Shown here piece by piece: positions 15,129-24,633 of a stretch of DNA of 32,585 bases. Both the position numbers and the translations under genes were made by a program. Source of the stretch: Trueperaceae bacterium (GTDB lineage: Bacteria > Deinococcota > Deinococci > Deinococcales > Trueperaceae); NCBI GenBank assembly GCA_007130855.1, contig SLRS01000103.1, positions 1 through 32,585 on the forward strand. Reading direction: 5' to 3'. The number at the start of each line of letters is the position of its first letter. Position 1 is the stretch's first letter. The notes beneath the pieces are model-generated. The model saw only the letters and a program-made list of their open reading frames with translations. It was not told where the DNA came from and searched no databases.

Positions 15129-18100
15129 ATGCCATCGGTGAGCCGTGTTCCATTTCATGTTCGAAGCACTTTCTGGGCTGGCCAAGGGCCGGACACTGCC
15201 TGGCAGGCGACCCTCCTCTGGCGCCTGGCGCTGCTCGCGCTGGCGTTGGCCTGCACGCCGCTGACCGCCCGGGCGCAAGACGCCCCGATCCCCGCGCGCT
15301 TCGCCACCACCCACAGCGCCACCGACTACCCCGGCGGCGACCTGATGCCGATCTTCAACATCACCCTGGAGCAATGCCACGCCACCTGCCTGCGGCTGCA
15401 CGATTGCCTTGGCTTCACCTTCGACCAGCGCAACGACGCCTGCTTCCCCAAGCGCAGCCTGGGCGCGCCGATCCCGTTCGAGGGCGCGCTCTCCGGCGTG
15501 ATCTCGCACCACGGTGCGGCCGCGCTCGACCAGGCCCGAGCGGCTGCCGCAACGCTGAGCTTCCTCGACGGGTACGACTTCCAGGCCGCACGCGAACAGG
15601 CCACGTCCATGGCCGAGCGCTACCAAGCCGATGGCAGGACGGAGATCGCGCTCCTGGACGCGGCGCGCGGGCCGTCGCCAGCCCCAGTCGTCCAGTCGAC
15701 CGGCGCGGCCGTGACCGTGGCCGATGGTGGCGCGGCCTGGCTCGCCCATGCGCGCGCGCTGGCCGACGATGCCGCGCGCAACCGGAGCCGGCAGTACGAG
15801 TCGAGCCGGCAGGCCGCACTCGCGGCGCTCAATGCCAGCCTGCGCCTGCCCGAACCGGACCGCGCCCAGGCGCTGGCCGTCATGGCACGCGCGTTGGAGG
15901 CGACGTATCGGGGCGAGGCCGCCTTGAGCGCGCTGCGCCTCGCCGACCAGCTCAGCCCGAACGTCGCCTCCGACGAACTCGCACGCCTGCGCGAGCGCTT
16001 CGGCTTCCGCGTGCTGTCGCACGACGTCGACGCCGGCACCGCTACGCCCCGCATCTGCGTGCGCTTCTCGGAGGATCTCTCGCCCACGCGCGATCATGCG
16101 CCCTTCGTGCGCAGCGACACGCGCGCGCTCGCGCTCGAGATCGAGGGCCGGCAGCTGTGCGTGACGGGTGTCGCCTACGGCGAGAGCTACAGCCTGGTCT
16201 TGCGCGCGGGTCTTCCCAGCATCACCGGCGACGCGCTCGCGCGCGACGTGCCGCTCGAGGTCTACATCCGCGACCGCGCGCCGTCGGTGCGCTTCCCGGG
16301 CCGCGGCTACGTGCTGCCCGCCTTCGGCCCGCGCGCCCTGCCGGTGGAGACCGTCAACGCCGATGGGCTCGAGCTGCGGCTGCTGCGCGTCTCGGATCGG
16401 AACCTGGTGAACGCCATCCGCGAGGGCGCCTTCGCCCAGGCCATCAGCGTCTGGGAGGGCGAGCGTTTCGAAACGCTGCTCGCCGAGAGCGTCTGGCAGG
16501 GCGAGGCCCGGCTCGAAGGTCAGCTCAATCGCGCCACCACGTCGCGCCTCGCGCTCGATGACGTCGGCCCGCTCGAGCCCGGCGTCTACGTGCTGCGCGC
16601 GACCGTGCCGGCGACCGAGCCGTGGGACGTGGCGCCGGCCACGCAATGGTTCATGGTCTCCGACTTGGGCGTGACGACGCTCTGGGGCACGGACGGCCTG
16701 CACGTGGTCGCGCAGCGCCTCTCGGATGGCCAGCCCGTCGAAGGTCTGCGCGTGGCGCTGCTGGCGCGCTCGAACCGGCTCCTCGGCGAAGGCCACACCG
16801 ACTCGCAGGGCCACGTCCGTTTCGCGGCGGCGTCGACGCGCGGCACGGGCACGGCGGCCCCGGCGATGGTGTTGGTCGAAGGGGCCGACGACATGGCGGT
16901 GCTCTCGCTCGAGGAGAGCGAGTTCGACCTCTCGGACCGCGGCGTCACGGGGCGCCCAGCCTCTGGCCCCGTCGACCTCTTCCTGACCACGGACCGCGGT
17001 GCGTACCGTCCGGGCGAGGTGATCCACGTCACCGCCCTCGCCCGCGATCACCAGGCGCGCGCCATCCACGGTCTGCCGCTCACGGCGCGGCTGCTGCGCC
17101 CCGACGGGGTCGAGTACGCGCGCGTCGTCTCCGGGCACGAACGTGCCGGGGGGCACGTGATCTCGCTGCCGCTCGGCTTCGACGTACCGCGCGGAGCCTG
17201 GCGGGTCGAGATGCGCGCCGACCCGGACGCGCCCGCCCTGGCCAGCCAGACCGTGCTGGTCGAAGACTTCCTGCCCGAACGTATCGACTTCGAGCTGTCG
17301 CTGGCAGCTGACGGGCCGGTCGACCCCACCGCCCCGCCCGACGTGCTGATCACGGCGCGGCACCTCTTCGGCCCAGCCGCAGCGGGGCTGGCCTTGTCGG
17401 GCAGCGTGAGCGTGTACGCGACCCCCGAACTCGACGGCTGGCCGGGGTTCCACTTCGGCCGCTCGGATCAACGCATCGACGCTCAACGCCGCACGTTCGC
17501 CGGCGGCTTGCAGACCGATGCCGACGGGCGCCTCGCGGCTCCCCTGCCGCTCGATCGCATCACCCTCGACAACCGCCCCTATGCGCTTGACGTGAACGCC
17601 ACACTCGTCGACGGGGCCTCACGCCCGGTGGAGCGCAGCATGACGCGCGCGCTGCGGCCCGTAGGCCCCGTGATCGGCATCCGCCCCGGGTTCGACGACA
17701 GCCTGCCCGAGCACGCGGAGGCCACCTTCGACCTGGTGCTGGTCGACCCAGCCGGCGCAGCGATGCCCGGCGAGTTGCGTTGGCAGGTGGACCGCGTCCA
17801 CACCCGCTATCAGTGGTTCAGCCAGGGCGGGCGCTGGCATTGGGAGCCCGTGCACGAACGTCAGCGCGTCGCCGAAGGCGTCGTCACCGTGTCGGACGGT
17901 CCGATCCACCTCGCCGTACCCGTGACCTGGGGCCGCCACGACCTGCGCGTGACCTACGAGGGCGCGGCGCACGCCTCCGCCTCGCTTCCCTTCTCGGCGG
18001 GCTGGTACGCCGTCGCCGCGACCCGCGAGACGCCCGAGTTGCTCGCCCTGTCGCTCGATGCGACCGAGTACGCGCCCGGCGACGTGGCACGGTTGCGCAT

Positions 18101-20597
18101 CGTCCCCGAGGGCGCGGGTATGGCGCTCGTCTCGGTGCTCTCGGACCGGGTGGTCGACCTGCGCCTCGTCCCGGTCGAGGGTGAGACCACCGTCGAGTTG
18201 CTCGTGACCGACGACTGGGGCGTGGGTGCCTACGTCACCGCCAGCCTGATACGCCCCAGCGACGGTCCGGAGCACGTCAGCGCGCGCAGCCTCGGGCTGG
18301 CCCATGCCAGCGTTGCGCCCGGCGACCGCGCGCTGCACGCGCTGCTGAGCGCACCCACGGAGGTGAGGTCGAACGAACGGCTGGAGCTGGTGCTCGAACT
18401 GACGGGCGCGGCCGACGGACCCGCCTACGCCACCGTCGCGGCGATCGACCTCGGGGCGCTCACGCTCACCGGGTTCGCGTCGCCCGACCCGCTCGACCAT
18501 TACTTCGGTCAGCGGCGCCTGGGCGTGGCGATCCGCGACCTCTTCGGGCGACTGATCGACGCGCGTGCGGGCGCGATGGGGCAGGTGCGCTCCGGCGGCG
18601 GCCTCGACGCGGGCGACGCCCACCGCGACGGCCCCCTCCCGGCCGAAGACCTGGTGGCGTTCTTCACCGGCCCAGTGGAGCTGCACGACGGGCGCGCGCA
18701 CATCGGCTTCGATCTCCCGGCCTTCAACGGCACCCTGCGCGTCATGGCGATCACCTGGACCGACCACGCCGTCGGCCAGGCGCAGGCCGACGTGCTGGTA
18801 CGCGACCCGGTGGTGGTGCAGCCCAGCCTGCCGCGCTTCATGACACCGGGCGACGTCAGCCGCATCAGGCTGGAGTTGACCCATGCCACTGGTCCTGTCG
18901 GTGAGATGGCGCTGGCGGTGGTCGGCCACGGCGTGGGCGAGGTGCCGCCGAGCGTCACGCTACTCGAGGGCGAGCGCGCCGTGCTCGACCTGCCCCTGCG
19001 ACCCACCGCGGTCGGCGATCACGTCTACCAGATCGCGCTGACTACGCCCGACGGGCGCGTTCTGACGCGTGAGGTGCGCCTGAGCGTGACGCACACCGAC
19101 CCCGAGATCGCGCTGTCGACGCAGTTCGTGCTGGCGCCGGGCGAGAGCTACCGCTTCGACGAGGAGGCGCTGGCCGGCTTCCGAGCGGGCACCGCGCGGG
19201 CGACGCTGAGCGCCGGCGCCGGCGCCGCGCTCGACCTGCCGGGTCTCCTCCAGCGCCTGCTCACCTACCCCTACGGCTGCACCGAGCAGATTGCGTCGAG
19301 CCTCCAGCCGCTGTTGCTGGCCCGCACGCAGATCGCGGAACTCGGGCTCATGCGCGAGTCCGAGCTGCGCGAGCGGCTGCAGCTGGGCGTCGACCGCCTC
19401 CTCACGCGGCAGGGTCGCAGCGGCAGCTTCGGGACGTGGGGCGCGGGCGGGTACGACCTATGGCTCGACGCCTACGTCACCGACGTCTTGCTGCGCGCCG
19501 AGGCGCAGGGCGCGAGCGTCCCCGCGCAGGTGTTGCGCATGGCGCTGAACAACCTGCGCAACCAGGTGGCCCAGGCGGGATCGATCCACGACGGGGCCGC
19601 GGCCTATGCCTACGCCTTCTACGTGCTCGCGCGCGCGGGCGAAGCCGCGATCGGCGACCTGCGCTACTACGCCGACACGCTGGCCGAGCGCTTCGACACG
19701 CCGCTGGCGGCGGCCCAACTGGGCGCTGCCTTGGCAGCCTACGGCGAGCGGGCGCGCGCCGACGCGATGTTCGAGCGGGCGCGCGACCTGGCGCTCGCCA
19801 GCGCCGACGCGGGCGGCTGGCGAGACGACTACGGCACCCCCCTGCGCGACCGGGCCGGGCTGCTCGCGCTCGCGGTCGAAGCCGGCAGCGGCGTCGTGGA
19901 CCGGCTGCAGATCGCGAGCCTGCTCGCGCGTCGTGCTCCGGCGCATCAGCTCTCCACGCAAGAGGCCGCCTGGGCCCTGCGGGCGGCGGTCGCGATGGGC
20001 GCCGCGGGCCAGGGGCTCATCCTCGACGGCCGGCCGGTGGTCGGCGACGTCGTGCGGCTCGTCGGCGGCGAGCCTGCAGTCATCCGCAACGTCGGCAGCG
20101 CCAACGTGACGGTGACGCAGACCGCCTTCGGGGTGCCTGACGTCGCACCCGAAGCAGGCGGCATCGGCTACACGATCCACCGCCGTCACTCCACGATCGC
20201 GGGCGAGGAGGCCGACCTGAACGCCGTGCGCGTCGGCGACCGGGTGGTCGTCGACCTCGAGGTCCGGCCGGATCGAGGCGTGGCCGGCGGGCGGTTGCTG
20301 ATCGACGCGGCACTGCCGGCGGGGTTCGAGATCGACAACGCCAGCTTGCTGCGCGAGGGCGACATCCGCGCCCTCGACTGGCTGGCGGTCCACGTCTCGG
20401 CCGAGATGACCGAGGCGCGCTCGGATCGCTTCCTGGCGGCGGTCGATTGGGTCACGGAGGTGCCACTCCGGCTGGCCTTCGTGGTGCGTGCGGTCTCGCC
20501 GGGCGACTTCCACTACCCGGCGGCCGCGGTCGAGGACATGTACCGGCCCACCAACCGCGCGCTCAGCGACACGGGCCGCGTACGCATCGGCCCGTGA
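15129..20597 (+). CDS. Bacterial alpha-2-macroglobulin family protein (YfhM/ECAM-like) with N-terminal PAN/apple domain and CTEQ thioester motif
   Basis: - 1822 aa with GGAGG RBS and a signal/lipobox-like LALALAC.
- A PAN/apple-like Cys pattern sits near the N-terminus (FNITLEQCHATCLRLHDCLGFTFDQRNDACFPK).
- Long MG-domain-like beta-rich body.
- Thioester region LLTYPYGCTEQIASSLQPLL, followed by an alpha-helical TED-like domain and a receptor-binding-like C-terminus. Confidence 0.9.
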   Translation: MPSVSRVPFHVRSTFWAGQGPDTAWQATLLWRLALLALALACTPLTARAQDAPIPARFATTHSATDYPGGDLMPIFNITLEQCHATCLRLHDCLGFTFDQRNDACFPKRSLGAPIPFEGALSGVISHHGAAALDQARAAAATLSFLDGYDFQAAREQATSMAERYQADGRTEIALLDAARGPSPAPVVQSTGAAVTVADGGAAWLAHARALADDAARNRSRQYESSRQAALAALNASLRLPEPDRAQALAVMARALEATYRGEAALSALRLADQLSPNVASDELARLRERFGFRVLSHDVDAGTATPRICVRFSEDLSPTRDHAPFVRSDTRALALEIEGRQLCVTGVAYGESYSLVLRAGLPSITGDALARDVPLEVYIRDRAPSVRFPGRGYVLPAFGPRALPVETVNADGLELRLLRVSDRNLVNAIREGAFAQAISVWEGERFETLLAESVWQGEARLEGQLNRATTSRLALDDVGPLEPGVYVLRATVPATEPWDVAPATQWFMVSDLGVTTLWGTDGLHVVAQRLSDGQPVEGLRVALLARSNRLLGEGHTDSQGHVRFAAASTRGTGTAAPAMVLVEGADDMAVLSLEESEFDLSDRGVTGRPASGPVDLFLTTDRGAYRPGEVIHVTALARDHQARAIHGLPLTARLLRPDGVEYARVVSGHERAGGHVISLPLGFDVPRGAWRVEMRADPDAPALASQTVLVEDFLPERIDFELSLAADGPVDPTAPPDVLITARHLFGPAAAGLALSGSVSVYATPELDGWPGFHFGRSDQRIDAQRRTFAGGLQTDADGRLAAPLPLDRITLDNRPYALDVNATLVDGASRPVERSMTRALRPVGPVIGIRPGFDDSLPEHAEATFDLVLVDPAGAAMPGELRWQVDRVHTRYQWFSQGGRWHWEPVHERQRVAEGVVTVSDGPIHLAVPVTWGRHDLRVTYEGAAHASASLPFSAGWYAVAATRETPELLALSLDATEYAPGDVARLRIVPEGAGMALVSVLSDRVVDLRLVPVEGETTVELLVTDDWGVGAYVTASLIRPSDGPEHVSARSLGLAHASVAPGDRALHALLSAPTEVRSNERLELVLELTGAADGPAYATVAAIDLGALTLTGFASPDPLDHYFGQRRLGVAIRDLFGRLIDARAGAMGQVRSGGGLDAGDAHRDGPLPAEDLVAFFTGPVELHDGRAHIGFDLPAFNGTLRVMAITWTDHAVGQAQADVLVRDPVVVQPSLPRFMTPGDVSRIRLELTHATGPVGEMALAVVGHGVGEVPPSVTLLEGERAVLDLPLRPTAVGDHVYQIALTTPDGRVLTREVRLSVTHTDPEIALSTQFVLAPGESYRFDEEALAGFRAGTARATLSAGAGAALDLPGLLQRLLTYPYGCTEQIASSLQPLLLARTQIAELGLMRESELRERLQLGVDRLLTRQGRSGSFGTWGAGGYDLWLDAYVTDVLLRAEAQGASVPAQVLRMALNNLRNQVAQAGSIHDGAAAYAYAFYVLARAGEAAIGDLRYYADTLAERFDTPLAAAQLGAALAAYGERARADAMFERARDLALASADAGGWRDDYGTPLRDRAGLLALAVEAGSGVVDRLQIASLLARRAPAHQLSTQEAAWALRAAVAMGAAGQGLILDGRPVVGDVVRLVGGEPAVIRNVGSANVTVTQTAFGVPDVAPEAGGIGYTIHRRHSTIAGEEADLNAVRVGDRVVVDLEVRPDRGVAGGRLLIDAALPAGFEIDNASLLREGDIRALDWLAVHVSAEMTEARSDRFLAAVDWVTEVPLRLAFVVRAVSPGDFHYPAAAVEDMYRPTNRALSDTGRVRIGP

Positions 20598-20629
20598 GCC
20601 CACCCCGGCTCGCACCGCGAGCGCGAGCG

Positions 20630-22657
20630 ATGCCGGCGCGCTCGATGCGCGCGGGTCTCGCGCTCCTGGCGCTCGCGCTGCTGCTGTGGTTCGGCGCCGA
20701 CCGCTGGGTGGCCACGACCGACGTGCCGCCGCTGGCGCTCGAGACCTCCGTCGAGGTGCTGGCGGCGAGTGGTCAGCTGTTGCGCGCCTTCACGGTCGCC
20801 GACGGGCGCTGGCGGCTGGCGCTGGCGTCGGAGCGGGTCGACCCCGGCTACCTGGCCATGCTGATCGGTTACGAGGATCGTCGCTTCTTCGAGCATCGCG
20901 GGGTGGACCCGCTGGCGCTCGCGCGCGCCCTTTGGCAAGCCGTGTCGAGCGGCCGACGGGTCTCGGGCGGGTCGACCCTGACCATGCAGGTCGCACGCCT
21001 GCTCGAGGATGGCTCGACCGGCTCCTGGACGGGCAAGCTGCGCCAGATCCGGCTCGCCCTGGCGCTCGAGCGCGTCCTCTCGAAGGACGAGATCCTCTCG
21101 CTCTACTTGCATCACGCGCCGATGGGCGGCAACCTCGAGGGCGTCCGCGCGGGCGCGCTCGCCTGGTTCGGCAAGGAGCCCGGCCGGCTGACCGAGGCGG
21201 AGGCGGCGCTGCTGGTCGCACTGCCGCAGGCGCCGAGCCTGCGCAGCCCCGACCTCCACCCCGAAGGGGCGCGCGTGGCGCGCGACCGGGTGCTGACACG
21301 CTCCGCGGCAGTGGGCGTGATCAGCGCCGATGCGGCGCGCGCCGCGCTGCGCGAGGCGCTGCCCAGCGTGCGCCGCCCCTTCCCGGCCCACGCACCGCAC
21401 GTGGCGGACCGCCTCCGCTCGGTCGAGCCCGAACGGCAGGTCCACCGCACGACCATCGATGCGCAACTCCAGGCGGCGCTGGAGGAACTGGCCGCGGACG
21501 CGCTGCGCGATCTGCCACCGCAGGCGACGCTCGCGCTGCTCGTCGTCGAGTTGGAGAGCGGCAGCATTCGGGCCAGCGTCGGCTCGGCCGACTACACCAG
21601 CGACGCCCGGCGCGGCTTCGTGGACATGACCCAGGCGCTGCGCTCGCCCGGGTCGACGCTGAAGCCGCTGGTCTACGGACTGGCGTTCTCCGACGGGATC
21701 GCCCACCCGGAGACGCTGCTCAACGACCGACCCGCCAGCTACGCCGGCTACGCGCCGCGGAACTTCGACCACACCTTCCGTGGACCCGTCAGCGCGCGCG
21801 AGGCGTTGCACGCCTCGCTGAACCTGCCGGTCGTCGAACTCACGCACGCCCTGGGCCCGGCACGGCTGATGGCGGCGCTGCGACAAGCGGGGATCCAGGC
21901 CGAGGTGCCCGGCGACACGCCGGGGCTGGCGGTCAGCCTGGGTGGTGTCGGGATGAGCCTCGAGGGCCTGGTGCAGCTCTACGCCGGCATCGCCCGCGGC
22001 GGTGAGGCGCTGGCCCTCTCGCTCGTCGAAGGTGCAGCCCAGCCGCGGGCGCGGCTGGTGACGCCCGCGGCTGCCTGGCATCTCGGCGCGATCCTCGCCG
22101 GGACGCCGCGCTCCGCACGGCTGCCCGACTGGCCCCTGGCCTTCAAGACCGGTACCTCGCACGGCCACCGCGACGCCCTGGCGCTCGGCTTCGACGGCGC
22201 CTTCGCCGTCGGCGTGTGGGCGGGGCGCGCCGATGGCGCCCCCGTGCCGGGCATGTACGGGGCCGAGGTGGCGGCTCCCCTGCTCTTCGAGACCTTCGCG
22301 CGACTCGGCGAACGGCCGGCGGCGTTGCCGCCCGCACCGCCTGGGACGCTGATCGCCTCCAGCGCCGAACTGCCTGCGCCGCTGCGGCAGTTCGGCACGA
22401 GGCTGGTCCAGACCGAGGACGCGCCGCGCCTCACCTTCCCCCCGGACGGGGCCGCGCTCGCACCGCTGGCGGGCGGGATCCTGACGCGGGTCGAGCGCGG
22501 ACGCGCGCCCTTCACCTGGTTCGCCAACGGCGCGCCCGTGCTGCTCGCGAGCCATGAGCGCGAGGCGCGGCTGGACCTGGAAGGCCCTGGCTTCGTGACG
22601 CTCGCCGTGGTCGACGCGGAAGGGCGTTCGGCGCGGGTGCAGGTCGAACTGCGGTAG
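20630..22657 (+). CDS. pbpC: Penicillin-binding protein 1C (glycosyltransferase family 51 transglycosylase + transpeptidase-like + PBP1C C-terminal domain)
   Basis: - N-terminal anchor MPARSMRAGLALLALALLLWF.
- GT51 motifs LIGYEDRRFFEHRGVDP and RVSGGSTLTMQVARLL.
- TP-domain motifs (GSTLKP, KTGTS).
- Sits immediately downstream of the A2M gene, the conserved yfhM-pbpC arrangement.
- Start 20630 vs 20645 is uncertain. Confidence 0.85.
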   Translation: MPARSMRAGLALLALALLLWFGADRWVATTDVPPLALETSVEVLAASGQLLRAFTVADGRWRLALASERVDPGYLAMLIGYEDRRFFEHRGVDPLALARALWQAVSSGRRVSGGSTLTMQVARLLEDGSTGSWTGKLRQIRLALALERVLSKDEILSLYLHHAPMGGNLEGVRAGALAWFGKEPGRLTEAEAALLVALPQAPSLRSPDLHPEGARVARDRVLTRSAAVGVISADAARAALREALPSVRRPFPAHAPHVADRLRSVEPERQVHRTTIDAQLQAALEELAADALRDLPPQATLALLVVELESGSIRASVGSADYTSDARRGFVDMTQALRSPGSTLKPLVYGLAFSDGIAHPETLLNDRPASYAGYAPRNFDHTFRGPVSAREALHASLNLPVVELTHALGPARLMAALRQAGIQAEVPGDTPGLAVSLGGVGMSLEGLVQLYAGIARGGEALALSLVEGAAQPRARLVTPAAAWHLGAILAGTPRSARLPDWPLAFKTGTSHGHRDALALGFDGAFAVGVWAGRADGAPVPGMYGAEVAAPLLFETFARLGERPAALPPAPPGTLIASSAELPAPLRQFGTRLVQTEDAPRLTFPPDGAALAPLAGGILTRVERGRAPFTWFANGAPVLLASHEREARLDLEGPGFVTLAVVDAEGRSARVQVELR

Positions 22658-22699
22658 GCGCCGGCCCTCGGGCTCGTACCCGATCGTGCACTGGTGTCC

Positions 22700-23638
22700 T
22701 CAGTCGGTGCCGCCCGCGAACACGCTGCTGGCCCCAGCCGCCCCCTGCGCCCGCGCCAGCTCGATCATCCGCGCCGGAACGATGAGCCCGTCGCCATGTT
22801 CCGCGCCTGCGGCCAACAGGGCGGCGAGGTCACTGGCGTGCAGCTCCGGCGCCACCTGGAGCGCCAGGGCCAGCACACCCACGAGGTACGGAGCCCACTG
22901 GCTGTCGCCGCCCTCGACATCGTAACGGTAGTGTCTCGCGTGGTGATGGCCCGCCACCGTCCGGTGATGGGCGGGAGCGTAGACGGTGACGTAACCGAGT
23001 TCCGCGTCCGACGCAGCTCGGCGTGCCAACACGTCAGCGACCGACTCATCCTTGGCGCGCCAGAAGGCGGCCTCCCCCGGCGAGAAGGTGAACGCCTCCG
23101 GCAGCCTGCAGTCGCGCCACGGCGAACAGCCGAGCCCGCGGATCGCGAGCGGCGGATCCAGGAACGCCAGCGGGTACACGCTCAGCAACACGAAGACGTC
23201 GCTGTCGATCGCGCGCCGGATCGCTGCATCGACCACGGTACGCTCCTCGTCTCGGTACCCGGTCGACGCGCTCAGCAGACGCACGCGCTCATCGTGCGGC
23301 AACGTGCGGTTGCGGTCGACGACGTGATCGATCGCCATAGCGAGGCGCTCCGGCGTGAGCCGCGCGAAGTCGACGGCGAAGTAGTGCAGCTCCGCGCCCG
23401 GAGCGACGCCGACGGACCGCCCCACCAGGAGACTGGCCATCGCCGGGCCATGCATCTCGAACGGCAAGCCGGAGAAGTCGTCGAGTTCCTCGTAGTGGCG
23501 GAGCCGGTCGGCGTACTCCACGTGATCACGTCGGACCTTGCCGTCGATGATGGCGACGGCGACACCGGAGCCCGTCAAGCCCTGGGCGTGCAGGCCCCGT
23601 ACGCCGAGCCCAGGGTCCTTTGCGCGCTCGCGCTGCAC
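22700..23638 (-). CDS. Subtilisin-like serine peptidase (S8 family), apparently without signal peptide or propeptide
   Basis: - Catalytic-triad motifs: GLTGSGVAVAIIDGKV (Asp), HGPAMASLLVG (His), GGDSQWAPYLVGVLALAL (Ser).
- The upstream ~100 codons of ORF 22700..23962 are Arg-rich.
- Start tentatively at GTG 23638 (MQRERAKDPGLGV...); alternative GTG at 23695. Confidence 0.65.
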   Translation of the reverse strand: MQRERAKDPGLGVRGLHAQGLTGSGVAVAIIDGKVRRDHVEYADRLRHYEELDDFSGLPFEMHGPAMASLLVGRSVGVAPGAELHYFAVDFARLTPERLAMAIDHVVDRNRTLPHDERVRLLSASTGYRDEERTVVDAAIRRAIDSDVFVLLSVYPLAFLDPPLAIRGLGCSPWRDCRLPEAFTFSPGEAAFWRAKDESVADVLARRAASDAELGYVTVYAPAHHRTVAGHHHARHYRYDVEGGDSQWAPYLVGVLALALQVAPELHASDLAALLAAGAEHGDGLIVPARMIELARAQGAAGASSVFAGGTD

Positions 23639-23698
23639 GCTCCGCTGCGAGCGCTTCCGCCAGCCTCTGCCGGCCTGCGTCGCCGGGCGCGCCACCCT

Positions 23699-23736
23699 GC
23701 ATCGACCGGGGTCGATGGAACGCCAATGGAACGCCA
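23699..23736. promoter_or_regulatory. Inverted repeat (catcgac-cggg-gtcgatg) immediately followed by a perfect tandem direct repeat 2 x atggaacgcca in the divergent intergenic region
   Basis: Seen in sequence. Lies between the divergently oriented S8 peptidase (-) and the secreted tandem-domain protein (+, ATG 23847). An operator-like architecture. Confidence 0.4.
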
Positions 23737-23846
23737 GGCCGCTAGGCTTACCGACCTCGGATGGCAGGCGCCTGCCACGGCGTCGGCCGTGCGACCGAGT
23801 GGGCGCGGGAAAGCGCGTCACACCGCACACCGAGGAGGGGGTAGAC

Positions 23847-24533
23847 ATGCGACGAGGATCGACCATCATGACCATGGCGGCTGCTCTGGTGCTGGCCGGC
23901 GCCGCGCAGGCGACGGACGAGCGGCAGGTGGCTCGCACGATCGACGAGTTCATCGCGCTCAATCCAGCCCTCGAGCACTACGGACCGCTGCACGAGGAGT
24001 GGTCGCCGGCGATGGGCATCCACTGGGGCGCACCCGGCCCACACGTCACCCTCGGGGTCGGCCACGGCGACAAGGTCGTGGTGATCGAGGTGATATACCC
24101 CGAGCAGATCGGCTGGCAGCCGTGGTTCGACCAGCCCGAGGGCGAACCGATGGAGTTACCCGGCTTGGGCATGGCCTACACGCAGCACATCTGGATCACC
24201 GAGCCGGACTCGGTCGTGCCCGGTGGCGATCCCGAGTTCGTGCCGCTCACCCTCGAGGCGCTCAGCGAGGTCAACCCCGCCCTCGAGGGATACGCACTCC
24301 TCTCGCCCGAGTACGTGCCGCACATGGGGTACCACTACGGGGTGATGGGCCCGGGCCTCGTGCTGGCCGTGTCGCCGCAGGGTGACATCAACGCGTTCGA
24401 ACTGCTCTTCCCGGTGGAGGGCGGCCACTACCCGTGGTTCGACCAGCCCGAAGGCGAACCGATGGACCTGCCCGGGCTCGGCCTGGTGTACTCGCAGCAC
24501 GTGTACGTGGTCGATCCGATGTCACTGCCCTGA
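23847..24533 (+). CDS. Secreted hypothetical protein consisting of two homologous ~105-aa repeats (shared PWFDQPEGEPM-LPGLG motif)
   Basis: - Strong GAGGAGGGG RBS and signal peptide MRRGSTIMTMAAALVLAGAAQA.
- Repeat 1: ...NPALEHYGPLHEEWSPAMGIHWG...WQPWFDQPEGEPMELPGLGMAYTQHIWITEPD.
- Repeat 2: ...NPALEGYALLSPEYVPHMGYHYG...HYPWFDQPEGEPMDLPGLGLVYSQHVYVVDP.
- No family recognised. Confidence 0.75.
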   Translation: MRRGSTIMTMAAALVLAGAAQATDERQVARTIDEFIALNPALEHYGPLHEEWSPAMGIHWGAPGPHVTLGVGHGDKVVVIEVIYPEQIGWQPWFDQPEGEPMELPGLGMAYTQHIWITEPDSVVPGGDPEFVPLTLEALSEVNPALEGYALLSPEYVPHMGYHYGVMGPGLVLAVSPQGDINAFELLFPVEGGHYPWFDQPEGEPMDLPGLGLVYSQHVYVVDPMSLP

Positions 24534-24633
24534 TCGACCGGTGACATAGCGCGCGGTGACCCGACAGCGCATGCCTGACGGCCGGGCGGCCCCCCGAAGG
24601 TGGAGGGCGGCCCGGCCGACTCGCCTCAGCTCG

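Noticed and set aside
22658-22699. Short palindromic element gccctcgggc between convergent pbpC and S8 peptidase
   Set aside because: Only a 4-bp stem. Too weak to call a terminator.
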